This document shows positions 10,339 through 19,404 of a stretch of DNA of 26,225 nt, in pieces; position 1 is the first letter of the stretch, and each line of letters starts with the position of its first letter. The notes under the pieces are model-generated. The model made no database searches and had not been told where the DNA came from. It saw only the letters and a program-made list of their open reading frames with translations. Source of the DNA: Promethearchaeota archaeon (lineage in GTDB: Archaea > Asgardarchaeota > Lokiarchaeia > Sigyniarchaeales > SOKP01). The DNA lies in the NCBI GenBank assembly GCA_016839765.1, contig JAEOTP010000056.1, forward strand, positions 1 through 26,225. Reading direction: 5' to 3'. The translations under genes and the position numbers were made by a program.

Positions 10339-11187
10339 ATGCAAGAAGATATCCCTTCCATAGACAAGAAAAAAAGTATGATGGATGAACGCATGAAAAA
10401 TATTGAAAAAAATATGGAAAAAATAAAGCATAAGATTGTCATTATATCTGGAAAGGGAGGAGTTGGAAAAACCACTGTTGCCGTTAACCTTGCGATTAGT
10501 TTAGCTAGCGTTGGACTAAGGATAGGAATTTTAGATGTAGATATTACCGGTCCTAATGTATTAAAAATGCTAGGAGTTAATCCAGAAATTAAACCCAGAG
10601 TCGAACCAGGAGCTAATAAATTTTATCCTGTTAATGGTCCTTTAAATATAAAAGTTATGAGTATGGCTTTTTTAACTCAAAGTTCAGATGAACCTGTTAT
10701 TTGGAGAGGCCCAATGAAAATGGGTGCAGTAAGGCAATTTTTAGGAGATGCCATTTGGGGCGAACTTGATTATTTGGTGTGTGATTTACCCCCAGGAACT
10801 TCTGATGAGATATTAGATATTTTACAGTTGATTCCAGATGAGAATGTTATTATTGTATCAACACCTCAGGAAGTAGCTTTAATGGATGCCAGAAAAACGA
10901 TTAAAATGGCTCAGATAATGAAAAGAAATGTTCTTGGAATTATTGAAAACATGTCAGGATTTAAATGTCCAAAATGCGGTGAATTTATTGAAATTTTTGG
11001 AAGTGGAGGTGCAGAAAAAGCTGCAAAAGATTTTAAGATTCAATTGTTAGGGAAAATTCCTTTTGAAACAGAAATAGGTCAGCAAGGCGATCAAGGATTA
11101 CCCTTTACTTTAAAATATCCTGATTCTGAAAGTGGAAAAGCTTTTAAAATGGTTGTAAATAGAACACGTGAAATTATCGAAAAATAA
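10339..11187 (+). CDS. mrp: Mrp/Nbp35/ApbC Fe-S cluster carrier ATPase
   Basis: SGKGGVGKTT, LDVDITGP, VIWRGPM, DLPPGTSD and GIIENMSGFKCPKC; SD-like GAGGT upstream. Confidence 0.95.
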   Translation: MQEDIPSIDKKKSMMDERMKNIEKNMEKIKHKIVIISGKGGVGKTTVAVNLAISLASVGLRIGILDVDITGPNVLKMLGVNPEIKPRVEPGANKFYPVNGPLNIKVMSMAFLTQSSDEPVIWRGPMKMGAVRQFLGDAIWGELDYLVCDLPPGTSDEILDILQLIPDENVIIVSTPQEVALMDARKTIKMAQIMKRNVLGIIENMSGFKCPKCGEFIEIFGSGGAEKAAKDFKIQLLGKIPFETEIGQQGDQGLPFTLKYPDSESGKAFKMVVNRTREIIEK

Positions 11188-11223
11188 AAACCTCATTTTA
11201 ATTTAGGAAGAGGTGAAAATAGA

Positions 11224-11823
11224 ATTACTAAAGATAATTTTGATAAGTTTGTAAATAAGCTTCAAAAAAAAATTATAAAAAAAGAGGTTGAAGAATATAA
11301 CGAGATTATTGTTGATTTATTCAATAATCCAAAAAATTGGGGAAAACTCCCAGAGGAAGAAATTTCAGTCTCACAATCTTATACTGGCCCTTGTAGAGAT
11401 ACAATGCAATTCTTTTTAAAAATTAATAATAATATAATTGAAAAGGCGAATTTTGTTACAGACGGTTGTGGGGCATCTGTTGCAACAGCAAGTCAAACAA
11501 CTATCCTCATTGAAGGTAAATCTTTAGATTTTGCAGAACAATTAAAACCCGAAGATGTTGATCAGGCTCTGAAAGGTTTACCGGAAGATCATAAACACTG
11601 CACAGAATTAGCGGTAAGAACTTTAAAACGCGCAATAAAAAAATATAAAGATAAACTACAGCATGGTATTAAAAATAATGAAGATTGTTATAAAGAAAGA
11701 GGAGATAGTAAAAACATTTTTAAAGAAAATAACAAAAGAATAAAAGAAATTGAACCAAAGAGGTACATCTATGGTCACGTCCCCAGCAAAATCAACTTTA
11801 AAAAATATTTTAGAAAGTCGTGA
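11224..11823 (+). CDS. NifU/IscU N-terminal-type Fe-S scaffold with C-terminal extension
   Basis: The frame is open upstream of the track's ATG at 11404 and encodes YNEIIVDLFNNPKNWG...GPCRDTM (first Cys), then DGCGAS and HKHC. Start placed at ATT 11224, 7 nt after GAGGTGA; start uncertain. Confidence 0.75.
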   Translation: MTKDNFDKFVNKLQKKIIKKEVEEYNEIIVDLFNNPKNWGKLPEEEISVSQSYTGPCRDTMQFFLKINNNIIEKANFVTDGCGASVATASQTTILIEGKSLDFAEQLKPEDVDQALKGLPEDHKHCTELAVRTLKRAIKKYKDKLQHGIKNNEDCYKERGDSKNIFKENNKRIKEIEPKRYIYGHVPSKINFKKYFRKS

Positions 11824-11828
11824 AATTA

Positions 11829-12851
11829 ATGTCAAATATTCGATTAGAAAATCAAAAAATCGAAAACTCAATTAAAGAGATAGCAAGATATTTATTTAAA
11901 GAAAAAAAAGTAGATGTAATTATTGGGTATTCAAATGGAACTGTTCCATTGAGTACTATGCCGATTTTTGTAAGAAATGAAATAGACATTAATAAATTAG
12001 TATGGAATAATTTATGTTATGCAAATTTAGCCAAGTATTTAGCCCCTCGAGTGCCACAGCTGAAAGATCCTGACGATAATAACTTAAAAGTAGGAATTAT
12101 AGCTAAAGGGTGTGTCGGTAGAGCCTTAATTCATCTGATTATAGAAAAACAAATCAATCTTAATGAGATAAAAATCATAGGAATACATTGTAATGGAATC
12201 ATTAATAGAAAGAGAATTGAAAAAGAAATTGGAGAAAAAGAGATTCTTGAATGTTTCATATTAAATGATGATATAGTTATTAAAGGAAGAAATTTTGAAC
12301 AGAAATTTCCATTCCATGAATATTTAAATGAATTATGTAAAACTTGTAAAATCAGATCTCCACCAAAATCTTCACCTCTATTAAATGTGATAATTGGAGA
12401 ATCACAAGAAATTACCTTTTTAGAAGATGAATATACAGAAATTGTTGAATTTGATGCGAAATCTCCTAAGGAAAAATGGAGATATATAAAAGATCTTTTA
12501 AGTAATTGCATAAGATGTTATGCTTGCAGAGAAGCTTGTCCTATGTGTTATTGCAATCTATGTTTTGTAGATCAAAATAAGCCCATTTGGTTCGGTAAAA
12601 CAACAGAATTATCTGATATAATAGTTTTTCATTTGGTTCGAGCAATACATCTAGCTGGCAGGTGTGTAAGTTGTGGAGCATGTAGTAGTGTATGCCCAAT
12701 GGGTATTGATTTGCATTTTATTACAAGAAAATTAGAGAAAATTGTAAAAGAGAGATTTAATTTTACCCCAGGTTTGAATCTTGAGACATTACCTCCAATG
12801 ATGTCTTTTAGCATGGAAGATGAACAAGAATTTATGTTAGATGAAGATTAA
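11829..12851 (+). CDS. FdhB/FlxD-like [4Fe-4S] protein (FrhB-related N-terminus, Hdr-associated)
   Basis: VDVIIGY, GIIAKGC, IIGIHCNG, CKTC, CIRCYACREACPMCYCNLC and HLAGRCVSCGACSSVCP. ATG at 11829 (alternative GTG at 11820). Confidence 0.78.
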   Translation: MSNIRLENQKIENSIKEIARYLFKEKKVDVIIGYSNGTVPLSTMPIFVRNEIDINKLVWNNLCYANLAKYLAPRVPQLKDPDDNNLKVGIIAKGCVGRALIHLIIEKQINLNEIKIIGIHCNGIINRKRIEKEIGEKEILECFILNDDIVIKGRNFEQKFPFHEYLNELCKTCKIRSPPKSSPLLNVIIGESQEITFLEDEYTEIVEFDAKSPKEKWRYIKDLLSNCIRCYACREACPMCYCNLCFVDQNKPIWFGKTTELSDIIVFHLVRAIHLAGRCVSCGACSSVCPMGIDLHFITRKLEKIVKERFNFTPGLNLETLPPMMSFSMEDEQEFMLDED

Positions 12852-13008
12852 ATATAGTAAAAAATGTTAGCATACCCATACATAAAAGATTAATTAGAAA
12901 ATCTAAAAAAAATACGTTTAATAAATTGAATATTATAAAAAAGAAATAAAAAAATAAAAAAATAAGTAAATTTTCTACAACTTTGAAAGAATTGAAAGAA
13001 GAGAAGAT

Positions 13009-13968
13009 ATTACGAGTAAAATTAATAAATATAAGTGGAAATATGGATTATTTTTAGGATGTGTTATTCCTAATCGTTATCCTATGCTTGAAGTTTCTAT
13101 TAGAAACGTACTAGAGCATTTGGGAGTGGAAATTTTAGATTTGCAAGGAGCTTCATGTTGCCCAGCTCCAGGAGTTTTTCGAGCTTTTCACATCCCGACA
13201 TGGTTAGTAATAGCAGCAAGAAATATTTCTATTGCTGAAGAACTCGGGGTAAATCCTATTACAGGTTGTAATGGATGCTATGGGACTCTTAGAGATGTAT
13301 GGTATGAACTTAATCATAAGCCAGAATTAAAAAAGGAAGTAAACAATGAACTTGCTAAAATTGGACGAGTTTACAAGGGTAATTTTCAACCTAAACATAT
13401 TCTTGAAGTTTTTTATCTTGATATGGGATTAGATTATATAAGAGATCATATAAAACATAATTTTACAGATTTAAAGGTTGGGGTTCATTATGGATGTCAT
13501 ATTCTTAAACCAAGCGATAAACGTCCCTGGGGTGGTGAATATGAAAGTCCTACCTTTTTTGATGAAATTGTCGAATTAACTGGAGGAAAAAGTATAGATT
13601 ATAAAGATAAATATATGTGTTGTGGAGCAGGTGGAGGCTTAAGATCAGCAGTGAAAGAGGTTGCTGCAGACTTTACACGTGAAGAACTAACTAATATGAG
13701 AGATGCAGGGGTCGATATTATTGTTGATTGCTGTCCATTCTGTCATATGCAATTAGATCTTGGACAAATTGAGGTTAATAATTTTTATAAGGATATGATC
13801 GGAGAGCCTTTCAATATTCCAGTCATTTATGTTACTCAACTTTTAGGTGTATCTTTTGGAGTTGATCCCTCTTTATTAGGACTAGTAAAAAATCACAAAT
13901 TAAAAGGAGTTTCACCTTTCATTTCTATAGATCCGTTTTTATCAATTGTAAAAAAACAGTTAATCTAG
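13009..13968 (+). CDS. hdrB: Heterodisulfide reductase subunit B
   Basis: The in-frame sequence upstream of the track's ATG encodes KYGLFLGCVIPNRYP. Also SCCPAPG, CNGCYGTL, VHYGCHILKP, CCGAGGG and CPFCHMQLD. Start placed at ATT 13009 (uncertain). Confidence 0.9.
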   Translation: MTSKINKYKWKYGLFLGCVIPNRYPMLEVSIRNVLEHLGVEILDLQGASCCPAPGVFRAFHIPTWLVIAARNISIAEELGVNPITGCNGCYGTLRDVWYELNHKPELKKEVNNELAKIGRVYKGNFQPKHILEVFYLDMGLDYIRDHIKHNFTDLKVGVHYGCHILKPSDKRPWGGEYESPTFFDEIVELTGGKSIDYKDKYMCCGAGGGLRSAVKEVAADFTREELTNMRDAGVDIIVDCCPFCHMQLDLGQIEVNNFYKDMIGEPFNIPVIYVTQLLGVSFGVDPSLLGLVKNHKLKGVSPFISIDPFLSIVKKQLI

Positions 13969-14391
13969 AAAATTGATATTAATCGAAGATATTTTATTTC
14001 CAAACTTAAAGATTTAATTATACTATTTGGAGGAATTCCAGTAGATTACCAAGAAAGAGAGAGTTGTTGTGGATGGGGTGCAAGTCAAATAGTGATCCAC
14101 GAAAAAGATGCATTAAAATTAACCTATAAAAAACTCAGAAGCGCGGAAAATGCAAACGCAGATTTAATTTTGATGCCATGTCCAACATGTCTTTATACTT
14201 TAAGTAAGCTGGAATTTAGAGAAAAGATGTTTAAATGGTATGGGGAATATTTAGATATACCTACAATCCACATAAATGAATTAATCGCAATTTTAAGAGG
14301 ATACGAAGAAGAGCGCTGTGTGTATATTAGAAAGAACGATCCTAGAATTCATGAAATTTACAATATCATTACCCAAAATTCAAACCTTTAA
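13969..14391 (+). pseudogene. Truncated second HdrB-like gene (partial C-terminal CCG domain)
   Basis: The frame is open from the hdrB TAG and reads LFGGIPVDYQERESCCGWG...ADLILMPCPTCLYTL...IPTIHINELI. It lacks the HYGCH ligand and has no canonical start before CCG. Confidence 0.65.
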
Positions 14392-14450
14392 ATGGGCTTT
14401 ATAATTTTATGTTTTACTATTATAGCTCTTAGAAAATACACCAACTATCG

Positions 14451-14573
14451 ATGAACTCATCTAAAAAATTAAATAAAAATGATATTTTATTAAGACTAGA
14501 AAAACTTGAATCTCAGAAAAAGATTGAAAAGATAATTTATTTAAACAATACTTATTGGAAATTAAAAATATAA
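14451..14573 (+). pseudogene. Possible winged-helix C-terminal remnant (40-aa ORF)
   Basis: MNSSKKLNKNDILLRLEKLESQKKIEKIIYLNNTYWKLKI, preceded in another frame by ENTPTIDEL. The helix plus beta-wing pattern was recognised by eye only. Confidence 0.3.
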
Positions 14574-14612
14574 ATAAAATTAAATCATCATATGCAATGG
14601 AGCTAATGATAT

Positions 14613-14951
14613 TTGAGTATGAAAAAAAAGTACGGAATTGATGGTCCTAAAAAAGGTAAATTTATAGTTGTTTTATGCTCTAAATGGTGTAAGTCTTGTA
14701 AATTGCTCTCTACACTCTTAGAAAAATTTAGAGATGAAAATTTTATTAAGATAAAAGAAATAGATATTGGTGAAAATAGCAAGTTAGCTCGAGAATTGAA
14801 TATCAATGCAGTGCCCGCTTTAATTTTTTTTAAGGATGGTAAGCTCTTAGATAAAGACATTAAAATCAATGGGGTAACACTCATTAATAGAGGAGTTATT
14901 ATTGGAGCCGTCAACGAATTAATATTGAAAGAAATTATTAAGCAAATATGA
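14613..14951 (+). CDS. Thioredoxin family protein
   Basis: WCKSC active site, EIDIGE and INAVPALIFFKDGK (cis-Pro). Start TTG 14613 or ATG 14619. Confidence 0.85.
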   Translation: MSMKKKYGIDGPKKGKFIVVLCSKWCKSCKLLSTLLEKFRDENFIKIKEIDIGENSKLARELNINAVPALIFFKDGKLLDKDIKINGVTLINRGVIIGAVNELILKEIIKQI

Positions 14952-14990
14952 ATCTCTACTAAAAGTAAGATCTTAATATATCTACCCTAA

Positions 14991-15320
14991 CTAATCTATT
15001 TCTGGTAGGATTGCATTATTAGGACAAGTTTTAAAACATCTTAAACATATAATGCATTCTGAAAGATTTTTGTTCTGAAACTTAATCCATTCTTTTCCAT
15101 TTTCATCTTTTTGGAGTTCGAAGAGATTTTTAAAGCAAAAATCGCCATTTAAACAGATCTTACATAGTGTACATTTATCTAAATCAATAATAAATCCTTT
15201 TAATTTTCCTTTCTCAATAGAAATAACTTCGATTGCTCCTTGTTCGCAAACATCTACACACTTTAAACATCCTCTACATTTATCATAGTCAAAATGCTCA
15301 ATAATATAACGTAAATAAAT
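14991..15320 (-). CDS. Polyferredoxin-like [4Fe-4S] protein with three Cys motifs
   Basis: CRGCLKCVDVC, CTLCKICLNGDFC and CIICLRCFKTCP. The track's start at 15398 overlaps pyrF; the real start is probably near 15314-15320 (uncertain). Confidence 0.8.
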   Translation of the reverse strand: MYLRYIIEHFDYDKCRGCLKCVDVCEQGAIEVISIEKGKLKGFIIDLDKCTLCKICLNGDFCFKNLFELQKDENGKEWIKFQNKNLSECIICLRCFKTCPNNAILPEID

Positions 15321-15369
15321 AAGTATATTTATTTCTATTTCAAATTTACTTATAATTGAATAAAAAAAT

Positions 15370-16305
15370 ATGCTTAAATCAACGATGTTTGTTAACAAAC
15401 TAATTCAATTGATAAAAGACAAAAAAAGTGTTGTATCAATGGGGCTTGATCCCCGTATGGACAAGGAAGGAGAAATTCCTAAATATCTTATTGAACAATA
15501 CACTGACCCTAATAAGATAATTTTAGAATTTAATAAGACTTTAATCGAAAATACACATGATTTAATTCCCGTTGTAAAACCCCAAATTGCTTTTTATGAA
15601 AAATATGATGCTCTAGATGCACTAAAAGAAACTATAAACTTTGCGCATAAAAATGACTTATTGGTAATTTTAGATTCTAAACGTAATGATATTGGTACAA
15701 CTTCTAAAGCTTATGCAGATGCTACGTTTAAAATTTATAAAGCAGATGCGTGTACTTTAAACCCGTATCTAGGATTTGATAGTATCCAACCTTATATTGA
15801 GCACTATAAGGAAAAAGGATTATTTATACTTGTAAAAACATCTAATCCAAGTAGTAATGAACTTCAAAATCTGTTTAGTGTAAGGATAGATAATATTAGT
15901 AATGCTCAAATTGAAATAGAAAAAGAAAGGGTAAAATTGGTAAGAAATTATATTCATATTGCTAAACTTATTGTAGAATGGAGCAAAAATCTTTATAGTT
16001 TCTCGAATTATAACAATTTAGGCGCTGTAGTTGGCGCAACTTTCCCTCAAGAATTGAAATCAGTTAGAGATATAATAAAAAATTCGTTTATTTTAATACC
16101 AGGTTATGGTGCTCAAGGAGCTCAAGCTGAAGATATAAAGTATGGATTTCATAAGGATGGTTTGGGAGGGATTGTAAATTCTTCACGAGCTATAATTTAT
16201 TCTTACGTAAATAAAAAACAGTTTCACTCAGTTAAGTTTGGAGAGGCTGCTAGAGATGAAATTATTAAGATGAATAAAGAAATAAATAAGGAAATAGGAT
16301 TATAG
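15370..16305 (+). CDS. pyrF: Orotidine-5'-phosphate decarboxylase (subfamily 2)
   Basis: GLDP, KPQIAFYE, ILDSKRNDIGTT (DxKxxD), VKTSNP, GAVVGAT, LIPGYGAQG and NSSRAI. Start may be ATG 15385. Confidence 0.95.
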   Translation: MLKSTMFVNKLIQLIKDKKSVVSMGLDPRMDKEGEIPKYLIEQYTDPNKIILEFNKTLIENTHDLIPVVKPQIAFYEKYDALDALKETINFAHKNDLLVILDSKRNDIGTTSKAYADATFKIYKADACTLNPYLGFDSIQPYIEHYKEKGLFILVKTSNPSSNELQNLFSVRIDNISNAQIEIEKERVKLVRNYIHIAKLIVEWSKNLYSFSNYNNLGAVVGATFPQELKSVRDIIKNSFILIPGYGAQGAQAEDIKYGFHKDGLGGIVNSSRAIIYSYVNKKQFHSVKFGEAARDEIIKMNKEINKEIGL

Positions 16306-16322
16306 CACTTTTTTTACTTATT

Positions 16323-16733
16323 TTACAGTGTTGCTAAAAATTCTCCTAAAAACCTCATAGCGAATACTATCGGCACCAAAATTAGAAGTAAAACAAATAA
16401 GGCGCGCTTAAGACCGACTTGATGGATAACATTTATAATATTCAAATCTACAGCAGCTGCAACAACTATTATAGGAATTATTGCTAATGGATCTCCTTCA
16501 TAAGCTCCCGCAAAACCAAGTAACATCAAGGGGGAACCTATAGCAAAAATAACTCCAAACTGAATTAAAAAACTATATCCAACCCATTTCATGCCAGTCC
16601 GTTTTTCAGCTTTTACAATAATTAAACTTAGCTTCAATATTAGAAAAGTGATTCCTAATAGAGTTCCTGCAATGATTATAGGCAAGTATTTATCCATGGT
16701 ATCCTTTCCATTTTGAAAAATCATGAGCAACAT
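16323..16733 (-). CDS. Hypothetical membrane protein (about 4 TM helices)
   Basis: Four hydrophobic segments. The track's N-terminal 60 aa are translated AT-rich promoter sequence; plausible ATG at 16733 (MLLMIFQ...). Confidence 0.7.
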   Translation of the reverse strand: MLLMIFQNGKDTMDKYLPIIIAGTLLGITFLILKLSLIIVKAEKRTGMKWVGYSFLIQFGVIFAIGSPLMLLGFAGAYEGDPLAIIPIIVVAAAVDLNIINVIHQVGLKRALFVLLLILVPIVFAMRFLGEFLATL

Positions 16734-16955
16734 GTTATAATTCAGCAACCATATATTGTTATTCTTAAGAAGAAAATTATAAGATATTTTATTTTTAACT
16801 GTATAACTTATGAAAGATATATAAAAGATTTTTGATTTAAAGTTAATTTTTTTAATATAAGATTTTAATTTAATTAAAATATTAATGTTTATAATAATCT
16901 TTATCAAAATCAATCGGAGGAAATATTAAAAAAAGAGAGAAAGGATTGATTTGCA

Positions 16956-18932
16956 ATGGTAGAAACAAAGAGTAAAGAGATAAAAACTACTGACGAAATT
17001 AGAATTTTTGTAGCGATTTGCCAATGAGGTATTAACGTTGCTGAAATAATTGACACAAAAGCGTTATCTGAATATTCTAAAAAATTACCTAATGTTGTGG
17101 ATGCTTTAGATTATATCTCCTTATGTACTGAGCCCGGAGCAGAATTTATTAAAGAGAAAATGCTTGATGTCAATGCTAATAGACTAGTTGTTGCATCTTG
17201 CACCCCCAAGACTCATGAACCTGTTTTTAAAAGTGTATTAGAATCAATGGATTTAGATTCCTCATATTTAGAGTTTGTGAATATACGTGAACATTCGAGT
17301 TTTGTACATAGGAATGATAAAGAAGGCGCACAGAGAACAGCTGAAGATGCTGTTAAATCAGGAGTTGCAAGAGCAACAGTATTAGAAAAGATTTTAGTGA
17401 AAGAGGTGGATATTACTAAGAAGGCTTTGATTATTGGCGGTGGTGTTGCAGGGTTATCTGCTGGCATAGATCTTGCAGAGGAGGGATTTGAAGTATATTT
17501 AGTAGAAAAAAGCCCCACGATTGGAGGAAAAATGGCAATGTTAGATCGAACATTCCCCACGGACGATTGCAGTATATGAATATTGGGACCAGTCATGTTA
17601 GAATCAGCACGAACTCCTGGAATGAATATTTATACTTATAGTGAAATTGAAGATGTCTCTGGATTTGTAGGAAACTTTGAAGTAAAAATTCGCAAAAAAG
17701 CTAGGTATGTAAACAATGATTGTAATGGTTGCGGTGCCTGTTATGAGGTGTGTCCCGCATACGGGTATGATGAATTCAATGAAGGAATGAATCCTAGGAA
17801 GGCAATTTATGCATCGTTTACGCAAGCTGTTCCCTCAATAGCACAAATCGATATGACTAAATGTATTAAGTGTGGATTATGCGAGAGTGCTTGCGAATTA
17901 AATGCCATAGATTTTGATCAAGAAGAGGAAATAATTGAGATTGAAGTCGGTTCAATAATAGTAGCAACTGGTTGGGATGAATATGAACCTGAAACGGGAT
18001 ATTTAGGCTACAATGTCTATCCTAACGTTATAACACAATTGAAACTTGAAAGAATACTAGCTCCTAATGGACCAACTTTTGGCCATCTTGTGAGACCCTC
18101 TGACGGAAAGAAACCTAAAAATGTCTTATTTATACAATGCGTTGGTTCAAGGGATCTAACTAAGCAAACTTACTGTAGTGCGGGAGTATGCTGTATGATA
18201 TCTATTAAAAATACAAAACTAATAAAGCAACATCTACCTGATGTAGATATAACTGTGGCATATATGGATATCAGGGCTGCTGGAAAAGATTATGAGGAAT
18301 ATTTTACAGCTTCAAGGAAAGAAGGTATAAAGTATGTAAGAACTAATATCTCAAAAATTCATGAGGATCCTGAAACTCATAATCTTAAAGTAATTTTACA
18401 AAATACGCTTAGTACTGCAGGATTAAAAGAATTTGAGTATGATCTGATTGTGCTTTCATGTGCAATGGTACCTCCAAAAGGCATTGAAAAAATTGAAAGA
18501 ATATTGAAGTTAGAAACAAGTCAAGATGGATTTTTCAAGGAATTTCATTCAAGATTAAACCCAATTGATACAAAAATCCCCGGAATAGCCCTTGCTGGAG
18601 TAAGTCAAGGACCTAAGTCTATTGCTGAATCTATTGCTCAGGGAAGAGCTGCTGCTTCATCTTTAGCAAGACTAATGAGTAAAGATAAATATCGAATTCT
18701 CCTAATAAGAGCAAATGTGGATAAAGAATTATGCGCGAAATGTGGGTTATGTGAATTAAATTGTCCCTATGATGCTATTAAAATAGAATCTGATGGCGCT
18801 GAAGTAAATGAAATATTGTGTAGAGGATGTGGTTCATGTTTGGCCAATTGTCCTTCTGAAGCGATTACTTTAATGTACTATCGCGAACCCCAATACGAAA
18901 AACAAATAGATGCTATTCTTGAGGAGATATAA
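16956..18932 (+). CDS. hdrA: Heterodisulfide reductase subunit A, selenoprotein (Sec24, Sec208; 658 aa)
   Basis: Single frame from ATG 16956. TGA 17025-17027 lies in IFVAICQ-U-GINV (consensus ICHCG) and TGA 17577-17579 in FPTDDCSI-U-ILGP (consensus DCSxCIL). Also GGGVAG FAD motif, four CxxCxxCxxxC motifs, IQCVGSRD, CSAGVCC and GPKSI. Confidence 0.95.
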
Positions 18933-18945
18933 AGAGGCGAGCTAA

Positions 18946-19404
18946 ATGACAACTGAAAATAATATTAAGATTCTAGCATTTATGTGCTGGAAATGAGGTT
19001 ATGGAGCGGGAGATATGGCTGGTACTATACGAGCACAATATCCCGCAACAATCAGACCAATTAGAATAAATTGTACTGGTAGAGTAACGCCTAGTCTTAT
19101 GATGCGAGCAATTGGAAAGGGTGCCGATGGAGTACTCGTAGCTGGTTGATATGAAGGGGAATGTGATTATGAAACAGGTAATCTAGTAGCAGCAAAAAAT
19201 GTGGAATTTACTAAAGAAGTGTTAAAAGCAACAGGAATATCCCCTGAAAGAATACAAATGTTTCATTGTAGTGCTGCCGAAGGTCAGAGATTTCAAGAAG
19301 AAGTAACTCGCGTCTCAGAAATAATTGAAAATCTGGGGAAAAATCCATTGAAAGATTCTTTAAGGTCAGAAGTTAATAAAAAAGAAAAAAAACCGAATGA
19401 ATGA
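18946..19404 (+). CDS. mvhD: MvhD/VhuD [2Fe-2S] hydrogenase delta subunit, selenoprotein (Sec17, Sec68; 152 aa)
   Basis: From ATG 18946: ILAFMCWK-U-GYGAGDMAG...IRINCTGRV...GADGVLVAG-U-YEGECDY...ERIQMFHCSAAEG. TGA at 18994-18996 and 19147-19149 occupy conserved Cys positions. Confidence 0.95.

Noticed and set aside
12852-12970. A-rich runs in the intergenic region
   Set aside because: Low complexity typical of this genome; no spacer-repeat periodicity or stable structure.
16734-16913. N-terminal 60 aa of the 196-aa ORF
   Set aside because: I/K/N-rich translation of the AT-rich divergent promoter; a better ATG lies at 16733.
11656-17825. Shadow ORFs 11656-11871, 12131-12511, 12629-12814, 14603-14914, 17213-17596 and 17604-17825
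   Set aside because: Antisense to conserved genes; no independent coding signal.
17023-18999. Shared AATGAGGT context at the first Sec codon of both genes
   Set aside because: Largely explained by Sec-Gly coding and AT-biased codons; absent at the other two Sec codons.
16956-19404. hdrA/mvhD as pseudogenes or as evidence of genome-wide UGA reassignment
   Set aside because: All four interruptions are TGA at conserved Cys positions with no frameshifts, and TGA terminates other genes in the window.
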